Shown here piece by piece: positions 1-9,315 of a DNA stretch of 64,000 nucleotides (position 1 is the first letter of the stretch; every line of letters begins with the position of its first letter). The notes beneath the pieces are model-generated. The model was not told the origin of the DNA, did not search any database, and worked only from the letters and a program-made list of their open reading frames with translations. The position numbers and the translations under genes were made by a program. Source of the DNA: an uncultured Nitrospiraceae bacterium (GTDB lineage Bacteria > Nitrospirota > Nitrospiria > Nitrospirales > Nitrospiraceae); the NCBI GenBank assembly GCA_963706325.1, contig CAVPLT010000004.1, forward strand, positions 224,001 through 288,000. The letters are read 5' to 3'.

Positions 1-875
1 CCCACCGATTTGGAGTCTCCGCGCGGGTCATTATTCGGTCCTTTCCGGTGCGTTTCCCCAATGGGATGAATCGGGGGAAGGTAGAGCACGTCAAATCCCA
101 TTTCAGCGATATAGGGGAGACGAGATTCACAATCTCTGAATGTGCCGTGCGGCCGATCGTTGCTTACGGCAGAACGTGGGAACATTTCGTACCAGGCGCT
201 GAATCGAGCTCTGGGACGATCGACCACCACGGCAAGCTCTCTGTCATAGGTCGTGGCCAGGTGCCGATCAACACACGACATCATCACGTCTGCGACCTCT
301 TGTCCAAGCAGTAGGTCGAGCTGAGCCTGCAGTCGAGTTTCTGATGATGACAGTACCCGATCCATGTCTTTCAGCCGCTGACTCGAGTCAGCCGGCGCGC
401 GAGAGGCCGCCTCCTCGAGCAGGCGTTTGCCAATTACAAGATCCACCCGTATGTCTTGCTTCGCTTCTACTCGTTTGCGCATATCGCGTCGCCAGGTGGC
501 AAAATGATCCACCCAGCCCATCACGCTATATCGATACTGGCCGATCTCGGTAACGTCGAATGATGCGTACCATCGATCATTGGCAAGGAACGTAAGCGGG
601 ATTTCTCGCCATCCATTATCCTGCTCATGGCAGTACCGAAGGACTCCGCGTACGATGTCATGCCCATCTGCGAAGAGGTCCGCCTCGACGAGAATGGTGT
701 CTCCGACTACTCGCTTGATGGGGTGTCGTCCGCCGTCAAGCTCTGGTCGGACATGCTCGATCACCACCCGTTGGCGCCGTTCGTCTTTGACGTACTCGGA
801 CGACGAAGAATTTCTCGGCGCCACCTGACTCGCGGTGGTGTCTCGTGTTGACTTGTTGGTGCTGGCCTTGTTCAT
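1..875 (-). CDS. glgE: alpha-1,4-glucan:maltose-1-phosphate maltosyltransferase GlgE (N-terminal part, runs off the left edge)
   Basis: Manual translation from ATG 875 (ATGA overlap with the upstream stop) gives RVVIEHVRPELDGGRHPIKRVVGD..EADLFADGHD and LPYIAEMGFDVLYLPPIHPIGETHRKGPNN, both GlgE motifs. Absent from the ORF track because it has no stop in the window. Confidence 0.93.
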   Translation of the reverse strand, partial: MNKASTNKSTRDTTASQVAPRNSSSSEYVKDERRQRVVIEHVRPELDGGRHPIKRVVGDTILVEADLFADGHDIVRGVLRYCHEQDNGWREIPLTFLANDRWYASFDVTEIGQYRYSVMGWVDHFATWRRDMRKRVEAKQDIRVDLVIGKRLLEEAASRAPADSSQRLKDMDRVLSSSETRLQAQLDLLLGQEVADVMMSCVDRHLATTYDRELAVVVDRPRARFSAWYEMFPRSAVSNDRPHGTFRDCESRLPYIAEMGFDVLYLPPIHPIGETHRKGPNNDPRGDSKSV

Positions 876-1573
876 AGGTGCGATAACTGGTCGGGTTTAC
901 GGTTATGATGAACGAATCGACGTTCGAGCGCGTCGCGCATAAGGTGCCGCGCACCCAATCCCACGGCTAGCGCGATCGCGAGCACCACCCCACCGAACGT
1001 AATGGAGAAGGCTGCGATCACGATCTCCTTGGCGATGCCCAACTGGGTCAGCACCATCGCGAAGGTGAAGAGCAAGAGCCCCCAGCGCACCAGTCCCGCA
1101 ACGATACGGGCTTCTTCCACCTGAGCATTCACGGCGGCAATCAGCGCCGCCTCGGCAAAGAAGTTGGCGCAGAGCACGCCCACGAGGAGGACGAGGGATG
1201 CGGCCAGGACATTCGGTAGAAAGGCGACGATCTGACTGATTAAATTAGCCGTGGCCGGTAAGTTCATCGCATCCACGCCCATGAACGCGAACAAGAGGAA
1301 GACGATCCAAAACAAGACTCTGCTGACGACCATAGAGACCGGTTGTCGAACACCGGCTTGGGACAATGGCTGGGCAATGCCCAACCGTTCGCAGAATGAA
1401 TCAAAGCCAAAGGTTCGGAGGACGCGTAGGGTGAGTATCTTTATGATCCATGCTGCCATCAGGCCCAACGCCAAGAAGGTGAGTAAAGCGAGGAGCCGCG
1501 GCAATACCTGCAGAATCTGAATGACGGTGTCACGAAAGCCGGCGACCATTGTTTCTCTCCACAGGTCACTCAT
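872..1573 (-). CDS. TM-helix repeat membrane protein (CmpX / MscS N-terminal-like)
   Basis: Two repeats (ILQVLPRLLALL / IVAFLPNVLAASLVL) and a GGVVLAIALAVGLG motif. Start placed at MSDLW, overlapping the upstream stop. Confidence 0.75.
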   Translation of the reverse strand: MSDLWRETMVAGFRDTVIQILQVLPRLLALLTFLALGLMAAWIIKILTLRVLRTFGFDSFCERLGIAQPLSQAGVRQPVSMVVSRVLFWIVFLLFAFMGVDAMNLPATANLISQIVAFLPNVLAASLVLLVGVLCANFFAEAALIAAVNAQVEEARIVAGLVRWGLLLFTFAMVLTQLGIAKEIVIAAFSITFGGVVLAIALAVGLGARHLMRDALERRFVHHNRKPDQLSHL

Positions 1574-2888
1574 CGCGCCACCTCCATTGTTCAACCAGAT
1601 AGGACTTTGATTGCTCAAATTGCTTGCAGAGTGCCTCCACGGTTCTGTCCACTTGATCCCCGTCGCCGTGCTGTGTTTCCAACACAAAGGAGGCTGTACG
1701 GCCTAGATAGAGTGGCGTCAGCGACTTCAGCATATGCTCCCTGTGCAAGGTTTGGTCGTGGTAGGCAAGGGCAAAATCATAGACCGTCTGCACCCAGAGG
1801 GCTGGTGGAAACCGGAAGTCCTCCGGGGCCTGCATATCGAGGGTCAGGATCTGCCCCAAGGTATCTTGCGAAAGGATCAATTCCCACAGCGGGAGCAGAT
1901 CGCGAACTCCTTGCTTGAATCCGCTGACCATGCGGCCGGTCTGCAAGGGGCCAGGGTCGGGCGCCGGTTCGGCGGTGCCATACAGAGGCACCTCAATGGA
2001 TTCTTTGGTCCGCGCCCAGGAAGATTCGTATTCTTCCATTGAGTGAAAAATGCCGCCGACGGTTTGGGCGAGGACAACGGATAGATCGACAGCCCCAATT
2101 TTCGTCTCCTGATCTCTGGTTCCGAGAAAGGTGTGACAGACGCGATAGTTGCCCGCCAGAGCGGCCGTCGTCATCCAGCCGTCCACGCTGAATTTTCCAC
2201 TGGCGCCTGTCCACGTCGATCGGCTGTGCAGGTCGCGCGCGAATTTGCCCGACAGGGCGTAGGCGCCCCCGCTCGGGTACCGTAAGCGTTTCCCGTACAG
2301 CGCCCTCGTTAATGGATACAGCAGGTTGGAAACCAAGGTGCCTTCATAGCGGTGGCGGCGGTAGAGGGGAACCACGAAATCTTCGCCGGCTTCGTATACC
2401 GGTCTGGCCAGTTGATTGATCCAGGTGGTACTAAGCGAACGAAGCTGTCCCTCAAGGATGAGGCACACTTTCGGTTGAAGCTGTTCCGCGGCGAGGCAGA
2501 AGTTCCGAATACTCTCATCTCGCCCTGGGAAACCGGATTCTCTCGTCAAATTGGCATAGGTACTTGCCGCGTTGGGAATGAGTCGGACCGGAACAATGCC
2601 CGCCGCGATCCGATCGATGATGCCGGGCGTACCGTCTTGCGAGCCAGCATCGCAATTCACAAGCGACGCCGAAGTATTCGGAAATGACTCTCGCAATCCC
2701 TGGAGAAGTGATTGTACGAGTGATTCAATCGTGCCCGCATTGTTCAGCGTCAGTAGCCCCACCATGATGTCGATGGTTTCAGTCGGGCGCTCGCGGTCAA
2801 GGATGGGGGAGGCAGGCGCCGCCTGTTCCTGTGCCAGCTTATCCGCTGTCTTGTTCCCGCCTTGCGGGATCGAAGCTAAGGTCGTCAT
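1566..2888 (-). CDS. GT2-family glycosyltransferase-like protein (glucosylglycerate-synthase-like), with a degenerate catalytic motif
   Basis: NCDAGSQDGT, YRRHRYEGTL, YPLTRALYGKRLRYPSGG and SLTPLYLGRTASF. The expected DxD motif reads EGQ. Confidence 0.75.
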   Translation of the reverse strand: MTTLASIPQGGNKTADKLAQEQAAPASPILDRERPTETIDIMVGLLTLNNAGTIESLVQSLLQGLRESFPNTSASLVNCDAGSQDGTPGIIDRIAAGIVPVRLIPNAASTYANLTRESGFPGRDESIRNFCLAAEQLQPKVCLILEGQLRSLSTTWINQLARPVYEAGEDFVVPLYRRHRYEGTLVSNLLYPLTRALYGKRLRYPSGGAYALSGKFARDLHSRSTWTGASGKFSVDGWMTTAALAGNYRVCHTFLGTRDQETKIGAVDLSVVLAQTVGGIFHSMEEYESSWARTKESIEVPLYGTAEPAPDPGPLQTGRMVSGFKQGVRDLLPLWELILSQDTLGQILTLDMQAPEDFRFPPALWVQTVYDFALAYHDQTLHREHMLKSLTPLYLGRTASFVLETQHGDGDQVDRTVEALCKQFEQSKSYLVEQWRWRDE

Positions 2889-2904
2889 TGGTTACGCGTG
2901 GCCA

Positions 2905-4119
2905 TTAGGATAGGGGCAAGAGCTTCAACAATGTCAGGTAATCGCTCAGCTGCCTCGTGATAAGAAAATTGCGCCGCACATGTTCGCGCGCCATGGCTCC
3001 CATTCTATTCATGAGTCCCGGGTTGTTGAGTAAGTGACGAGTCCGGAATCCCGCGCCTTCGACGGTATGGATAACATATCCCGTAACGCCATCGACAATT
3101 TGAGCGGCGATGCCCCCAGCCGTGCTCCCGACCACGGGTTTTCCTTTCCACATGGCTTCGGAAACGGTCAGGCCAAATCCTTCCTTAATGGACTTTTGCA
3201 GCACGACCGTGGCGCTCCGCTGCAATGCGTTGATTTCAAGGTCTGCTTCAGGAGGGAGTTGAATGACATGAATATCGGCATCGCGGCCTGCCGCCTCACA
3301 AAGTTCTCCAAGAACCGCTTCACCCTCCGGGTCATGCATCACACCGGCCCCGGCGAGCACCAACTGACAGTCGTGGTGCTTTTTCACGAGCCTATAGGCC
3401 TGAATGGCGCCTAGAGGATCCTTAAACCGGTCAAACCGGGCGACCTGTAACAGCATAGGTTTGGTCCGGGGAATGCCGAGACGATCCATGATTTGAGTGA
3501 TTTCAGACCGCCCCATCTCGCGATTCTTCGGACTCAACGGGTCAATGGACGGAGAGATCAAGAATTTGGGGATCGGCAGTCGTTGGGCAAAGCCGGAGAG
3601 CGAAAAAATCGCCGCGTCGTACTTCAACACAGATCGTCGAAGAAAAGTCCAGGCGGGGCGCTGCGGCTGTGCCAGATCCAGATGGCAACGCCAGAGCCAG
3701 CAGCCATTGGTCCGATAGTCCACGAGGCCAGCCGGCTGGTGGTCGTGAACCATGACGACGTCTGCTTCGAGGTTGAGCGCCTTGGCGTTGCGTTCCATGA
3801 TAGTCGAATAGGTATGGTACATCTGGTCGGTGATTTTGTCGTCCCGTCCCTGGAGCGCATTCAGCATGTGATTGACCACCACGAAATACTCTTGCGTCCC
3901 CGCCAGAACTTCCCACCGTGCGTCGACGCCTAGGGATACCATCATGGGAACAAGGCGGCGCAACACTTCCGACATCCCGCCTCCGTAGCGGACGGCGTTG
4001 AGGTGGAGGAAGCTTTTGCCCTTCACCAGATCGCTCAGCCGGTAAAGAAAATCGACGGTGCCTTTCGGCGACACGTCGCGATATTCATCCAAGGACGAGT
4101 TCACAGATGACTCCCTCAC
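2905..4119 (-). CDS. treT: GT4 glycosyltransferase, trehalose synthase TreT-like
   Basis: YGGGMSE, VHDHQP, WRCHLD, RFDRFKDPLG and QKSIKEGFGLTVSEAMWKGKPV. Confidence 0.8.
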   Translation of the reverse strand: MRESSVNSSLDEYRDVSPKGTVDFLYRLSDLVKGKSFLHLNAVRYGGGMSEVLRRLVPMMVSLGVDARWEVLAGTQEYFVVVNHMLNALQGRDDKITDQMYHTYSTIMERNAKALNLEADVVMVHDHQPAGLVDYRTNGCWLWRCHLDLAQPQRPAWTFLRRSVLKYDAAIFSLSGFAQRLPIPKFLISPSIDPLSPKNREMGRSEITQIMDRLGIPRTKPMLLQVARFDRFKDPLGAIQAYRLVKKHHDCQLVLAGAGVMHDPEGEAVLGELCEAAGRDADIHVIQLPPEADLEINALQRSATVVLQKSIKEGFGLTVSEAMWKGKPVVGSTAGGIAAQIVDGVTGYVIHTVEGAGFRTRHLLNNPGLMNRMGAMAREHVRRNFLITRQLSDYLTLLKLLPLS

Positions 4120-4149
4120 GCCTGAAAGGGCGTGGCCGTCTCGCGTGAA

Positions 4150-5829
4150 TCAAATCGCACTCCATTCCATGCTGTATGCGCTGGTCCGTGACCGCACTGC
4201 CGGAAGATGCAACCAGTAGGAACTGTAGGGGCCCAATGTCAGCACATAAGGACGCTCGCTGATCACGGGGAATCTTGACTCTCCGAATAATTCTTCAGGA
4301 ACGATATCTTTGTAGCGTCCAAGCTCCAGTTCCACGGCCTGGGAGGATTCCGCCAGGTTATGCACCAGCAAAACCGTGTGTTGCTCGTAGGCACGAAGGT
4401 AGACCAAAATTTTTTCATTTGCCGGGTTCAGGAATTCCAATGTCCCGCGACCGAAGACCTTGTGCTTCTTGCGGATCGCGATCATGCGACGCATCCAGTT
4501 GAGCAGCGAATGTGTGGCTTGCTTTTGAGCGTCAATATTAACGGACTGATAGCCGTAGACCGCATCGGTGACGACGGGAAGAAACAGCTGCGAAGGATCT
4601 GCTTTGGAAAATCCAGCATTGCGATCGGCCGTCCAGTGCATCGGCGTGCGCACGCCATTTCGGTCTCCGAGATGAATATTGTCCCCCATTCCGATTTCAT
4701 CTCCGTAATAAACGATCGGGCTACCGGGCAGGGTGAAAACGATGCTGTTCAGCAATTCCACCTTACGGCGATCGTTGTCCAGGAGCGGAGCCAGACGACG
4801 GGCGATGCCGATGTTGCGGCGCATCTGTGGATCGCGGGCATAGGCGTAATACATGTAGTCGCGTTCTTCCCCGGTGCACATCTCCAGCGTCAATTCGTCG
4901 TGGTTCCGCAGAAACAGGCACCACTGACAGGCGGGAGGGATGTCAGGAGTGTGCTTGAACATGTCGATGATCGGCTGGCGATCTTCACTCCGTACCCCCA
5001 TAAACAAGCGAGGCATGAGCGGGAAATGGAAGGCCATATGAAACTCATCGCCGTCCCCGAAGTAGGGACGTACATCGCTGGGCCATTGATTGGCTTCGGC
5101 CAGAAGCACACGGCCTTTGTACCGCTGATCGATACTGCTCCGAATCTCTTTCAAGTAGCGATGAGTCTCCGGCAGGTTTTCGCAGATCGTATCCTCGCGC
5201 TCAAAGAGATAGGGCACTGCATCGCATCGAAATCCGTCAAGTCCCTGATCGAGCCAGTACTCCATGACTTGAATCATGGCGCGGCGGACTTCCGGGTTAT
5301 CATAGTTGAGATCCGGTTGATGACTGAAGAAGCGATGCCAGAAGTAGGCTTGCGCTTCTGGGTCCCAGGTCCAGTTGGATTTCTCGGTATCGACAAAAAT
5401 GATTCTGGCCTGAGCATATTTCTGATCCGTATCGCTCCAGACGTAGTAATGTCTTGTCGGGGAGTCAGGAGAAGTCCTGGCTGCCTGAAACCATGCGTGC
5501 TGGTCTGATGTATGGTTCAAGATGAGATCAACGATCACCCGCATGCCGCGCCGGTGCGCCTCGTCGAGCAGGCGCCGGAAATCTTCGATTGTGCCGTATG
5601 CCGCGGCGATGCTGCGAAAGTCGGCGACATCGTAGCCGTCATCTCGGAGAGGAGAGGGATAGAAGGGAAGCAACCACAGACAATCGACACCAAGCCACTC
5701 CAGATAGTCCAGCTTTTGAATCAGTCCCGCAAAATCACCGACGCCATCGTCGTTGCCGTCATAAAATGCGCGGACATGGAGCTCGTAAAATACAGCGTCC
5801 TTGTACCAGAGCGGATCTTGATTGAGCAT
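4150..5829 (-). CDS. treS: trehalose synthase / maltose alpha-D-glucosyltransferase TreS (GH13)
   Basis: [60 protein letters not shown] and DRNGVRTPM. Confidence 0.96.
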   Translation of the reverse strand: MLNQDPLWYKDAVFYELHVRAFYDGNDDGVGDFAGLIQKLDYLEWLGVDCLWLLPFYPSPLRDDGYDVADFRSIAAAYGTIEDFRRLLDEAHRRGMRVIVDLILNHTSDQHAWFQAARTSPDSPTRHYYVWSDTDQKYAQARIIFVDTEKSNWTWDPEAQAYFWHRFFSHQPDLNYDNPEVRRAMIQVMEYWLDQGLDGFRCDAVPYLFEREDTICENLPETHRYLKEIRSSIDQRYKGRVLLAEANQWPSDVRPYFGDGDEFHMAFHFPLMPRLFMGVRSEDRQPIIDMFKHTPDIPPACQWCLFLRNHDELTLEMCTGEERDYMYYAYARDPQMRRNIGIARRLAPLLDNDRRKVELLNSIVFTLPGSPIVYYGDEIGMGDNIHLGDRNGVRTPMHWTADRNAGFSKADPSQLFLPVVTDAVYGYQSVNIDAQKQATHSLLNWMRRMIAIRKKHKVFGRGTLEFLNPANEKILVYLRAYEQHTVLLVHNLAESSQAVELELGRYKDIVPEELFGESRFPVISERPYVLTLGPYSSYWLHLPAVRSRTSAYSMEWSAI

Positions 5830-5832
5830 CGA

Positions 5833-6507
5833 TTAGACTTTCGCCGAATCACCGGTGAGGAATTCGTCGCACGCGGTGATGAGTCTGGATCGTAGGCGTT
5901 CCAGGCTGCCTTGGTATGGATTGATGGCGCGGATACAATCGGCCAATTTCCCAAGGCCAAAGTCCGAACGAATCCATGTCGAAAAATCATTTTCTTCCCG
6001 TCGTAATCGAAAATGGGCCTCGAACATATGGAAATAAATGGTACTCACGTCGATATCAGCCACCATGTCGCGAAACTCTTGCAGCGTGCGCGCCTCCAAG
6101 CCGAGCGGCACTTGAAGAATGCGTGAGCGTTTGAAGTGGAACGGCTTGCCGAACACGACTCGGGGAATAATGGGTGTTCGGGAGAGGTGGTCATCGATGA
6201 TGGAGATGATCTCTTCCCGCAACTCTTCCAAGTCCGGATAACCAAAGGGATCAATGACAGCCAACCGTTCGCCTAGGACATGATCACCGATCTGCATGAC
6301 TACCCATTGGGCGAAATCGTTAGGATAAGCGCCTTCAATCAAGCCATGCCGGAGAAAATAGCTGTGGGTATGGAAGTGAATGGAATCCAGGGGAACTTCT
6401 TCGATCAGTCCTGCCAGCTCTTTCTCGTCATCCGCTTGATGAGCGATGCTTTCCTGCAATTCGCTGCAACCAATGAACGCAAAAGGAGACTTTGCAATGA
6501 GCGCCAC
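5833..6507 (-). CDS. DUF5752-family protein
   Basis: Two internal repeats carrying SIHFH/TIYFH and NDFAQWV/NDFSTWI. GTG start with a GAGGA Shine-Dalgarno; sits beside the TreT-like gene. Confidence 0.8.
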   Translation of the reverse strand: MALIAKSPFAFIGCSELQESIAHQADDEKELAGLIEEVPLDSIHFHTHSYFLRHGLIEGAYPNDFAQWVVMQIGDHVLGERLAVIDPFGYPDLEELREEIISIIDDHLSRTPIIPRVVFGKPFHFKRSRILQVPLGLEARTLQEFRDMVADIDVSTIYFHMFEAHFRLRREENDFSTWIRSDFGLGKLADCIRAINPYQGSLERLRSRLITACDEFLTGDSAKV

Positions 6508-6729
6508 AATCGTGTTTCCTCGTTCATAAGAGAATCGGGCAGAGAAACGCACACGGAGTTCTGAAGGGGTTTAATTCTCCATGGCTGCCAACCAGTTCCC
6601 GTCCCAATCCGTTACTCCCACTATAAAGCGTTTGATCAAAGATCCAGACTAGTGAAACACCTAGCTGACCGTCGCGCACCATGCCGGTAAATATAGTACA
6701 GCTGCATGGCTTGCGGGGTAGGTGCGTCT

Positions 6730-6966
6730 ATGAGATTACACACAACATGTATGGCGCCTGTTGACGGCATGCTGAAAGAAAGGTGTGGGAAGGATGCCCA
6801 GGGCCGTTCTATAACAAAGACAACACATGATGGCCAATTGCTCTCTCACTTCGAGTGTGAAGCGGGACACCTGTTCCATACCGATGAGACCTGCCAGTAT
6901 TATTTCGAATGCGACTGCCGACCTCGTTATGCGAGAGCCGGGCTTACGATGTCCGCGACTCTCTAG
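6730..6966 (+). CDS. small Cys/His-rich hypothetical protein
   Basis: ATG after GGTAGGTG, with a TATAGT -10-like element upstream. Pattern C..C..CEAGH..C..CDC. Confidence 0.4.
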   Translation: MRLHTTCMAPVDGMLKERCGKDAQGRSITKTTHDGQLLSHFECEAGHLFHTDETCQYYFECDCRPRYARAGLTMSATL

Positions 6967-7321
6967 AAAACACACATCGTCATCATCGGCTACGTCGAGG
7001 TTGGATCGGCGCTGTGCGACCCCGGAGCCTGTTTCCTGCATTCCCCAGTAAATTGCCTGCGGTATCTGATATCCATGGGTAGTTGCCGCCATCCCATCGC
7101 CTCGTAACTTACGCCATATTCTGTTCACAAATCAGCGGTCCTCCTGTAGCGTGGAAGCATCTACGAACAGGTGCAAAATTGCGGGATCATTTCGCTCGTG
7201 GCCTTATGGGTCATACAGCCAATGTCCTTGAGTCGGTACGTTCGAGCGTTTGAGGCGCATATGGAGAGCCGCGCTTTGCCTCGCCGAAGCGATTAATCAC
7301 TTTTCTGCAGTAGTGCTGCGA

Positions 7322-8047
7322 ATGGATAAGGCACTCTACCCGTATCTTGTATTCTGGAGTATCGGCCTACTGTTCTTTCTGGCTGAGTGGCTCTATCCTG
7401 CGCGGCCCATTGCCTACCGTTCCGTCTTGTGGCGCGACGTATCGGCATTGGCTGCGTACAATCTTTCATTCCTCCTGGTGGTAGCCTGGACGGACCGGAT
7501 CCCGATTCCCGACTATGTCCCCGACGTCCTCTCCACGTTTCCCACGGTATATAAGCTCCTGCTCTTTTACATTGTTGAAGACTTCGGTCTGTACTGGGCG
7601 CACCGGCTCATGCACACAAAACTGGTATGGCGCATTCACCGCTGGCACCATGCGCCGAGGTATTTGTATTGGCTGGCAGGCATCCGCGCGACAATTCCGC
7701 ACATTGTGCTGTTCAACCTGACCTATGTTCTGGCCCTTCCCCTGCTGCACGACGCCTCCTCCTGGGCGTTTCAGGTCATCATGGTGGAGCACATCATGCG
7801 CAACAACTGGATGCATATGAACGTGACATGGCAATCGCGCTGGTTGGAGTGGCTGTTCGTGACCCCCCGGTACCATCACATCCATCATAGTAAAGATGCG
7901 GCCCATCAGGGGACGAATCTTGGCGCCCTGCTCACGATTTGGGATCGGCTGTTCGGGACGTATTACAATCCTGATGATCTGAAGGGCGAGTTATCGTTCG
8001 GACTCTCTGAACGGGTCGCGCCGGGAAGGCTCCTGATTGGTCTGTAG
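7322..8047 (+). CDS. sterol desaturase / fatty acid hydroxylase family protein
   Basis: His boxes YWAHRLMH, IHRWHH, WMHMN and YHHIHH; C-terminal WDRLFGTY. Confidence 0.9.
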   Translation: MDKALYPYLVFWSIGLLFFLAEWLYPARPIAYRSVLWRDVSALAAYNLSFLLVVAWTDRIPIPDYVPDVLSTFPTVYKLLLFYIVEDFGLYWAHRLMHTKLVWRIHRWHHAPRYLYWLAGIRATIPHIVLFNLTYVLALPLLHDASSWAFQVIMVEHIMRNNWMHMNVTWQSRWLEWLFVTPRYHHIHHSKDAAHQGTNLGALLTIWDRLFGTYYNPDDLKGELSFGLSERVAPGRLLIGL

Positions 8048-8187
8048 AAACCACACGCAGACAGTGGTCTGCAGGATCGATGGGGTATTTCGAGAAGTTT
8101 CCCCTAGGTTTGAGTTTGAGATCCGGTGAGGCGTAGGATGTCACTGTACCTATCAAAAATCCCAGACGTTCTCATGGAGCTGAGTAG

Positions 8188-9282
8188 TTGCCAGGGCCCG
8201 AACTTTCCATTATCGTCCCCACCTTCAACGAGCGGGACAATGTCGTCCGGCTTGTGGAGCTCCTGCAAAGCTGTCTGTCTGATGTGCAATGGGAGTTGAT
8301 CGTCGTTGATGACGATTCCCCGGACCACACCGCAGACCAGGTTCGCCTGTTAGCCAATTCAAACCATCGGGTGCGCTGTCTCCAGCGGATCGGACGGAGA
8401 GGCCTGTCCTCTGCTTGTATTGAAGGCATGCTTTCCAGCTCCGCGCCGTTCCTGGCGGTCATGGACGGTGATCTTCAGCATGACGAGCGACTGCTCGTGG
8501 ACATGCTCAGGCACTTGAAGCAGGGTGGATTCGATGTCGTCATCGGCAGTCGCTATGTGTCCGGCGGCAGCATCGGGGAATGGCAAGGCATTCGTGCGTT
8601 GACCAGCCGATGGGCTACGCTTTTGAGTCGCCCATTGGTTCCCCTTGGCCTGACAGATCCGATGAGCGGATTTTTTGCCTTGCGCCGTGAGGCCTTTGAA
8701 CAGCTCGTGCGAAGGACATCCGGGCTCGGATTTAAACTGCTGTTGGATTTTATGGCCTCATCACCTCGTCCCTTGAGGTTCAAAGAGCTGCCCTATGAGT
8801 TTAGAACGCGACAGGCCGGGGAGAGCAAAGTTGATAGCCAGGTAGCCTGGGACTATTTCATGCTACTCCTGGATAAATCGATCGGCCGATTTGTACCGGT
8901 GCGTCTCGTCACGTTCGCTTTGGTCGGCGGGTCCGGCGTTGTGATCCATTTCGCGGTGCTGCTGCTTCTCTATGAATGGTTGGCATGGCCGTTTACGTGG
9001 GGACAGGGAACGGCGACGGTAGCGGCGATGACGAGTAACTTCATCTTAAACAATGTGATCACCTATCGAGATCAGCGATTACGTGGCTGGCAGTGGCTGC
9101 GCGGGTGGGTCTCCTTCGTCCTGGTGTGCAGCCTAGGGGCCATCGGGAACGTGGGCGTGGCATCCTATTTGTTCGGCCAGGAGTACAATTGGGGATTGTC
9201 CGCGCTGGCAGGTATCCTGGTGGGAACGGTCTGGAACTATGCTGTGACGTCGTCCTACACCTGGAAAATTAAGACCCGGTAA
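8188..9282 (+). CDS. polyprenyl-phosphate glycosyltransferase (GT2, DPM1-like) fused to a GtrA domain
   Basis: IIVPTFNERDN, VDDDSPD, MDGDLQHD, TDPMSGFF and GESK, followed by a 4-TM GtrA-like C-terminus. Confidence 0.9.
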   Translation: MPGPELSIIVPTFNERDNVVRLVELLQSCLSDVQWELIVVDDDSPDHTADQVRLLANSNHRVRCLQRIGRRGLSSACIEGMLSSSAPFLAVMDGDLQHDERLLVDMLRHLKQGGFDVVIGSRYVSGGSIGEWQGIRALTSRWATLLSRPLVPLGLTDPMSGFFALRREAFEQLVRRTSGLGFKLLLDFMASSPRPLRFKELPYEFRTRQAGESKVDSQVAWDYFMLLLDKSIGRFVPVRLVTFALVGGSGVVIHFAVLLLLYEWLAWPFTWGQGTATVAAMTSNFILNNVITYRDQRLRGWQWLRGWVSFVLVCSLGAIGNVGVASYLFGQEYNWGLSALAGILVGTVWNYAVTSSYTWKIKTR

Positions 9283-9315
9283 TTATTCTCAACTGGTTGG
9301 TCTGCCTACCACTCC

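Noticed and set aside
4360..5508. Long antisense ORFs (also 18592..19596, 30013..30840, 32184..33041, 37491..38366, 58197..59030)
   Set aside because: Shadow ORFs opposite well-supported genes in GC-rich DNA, with no recognisable motifs.
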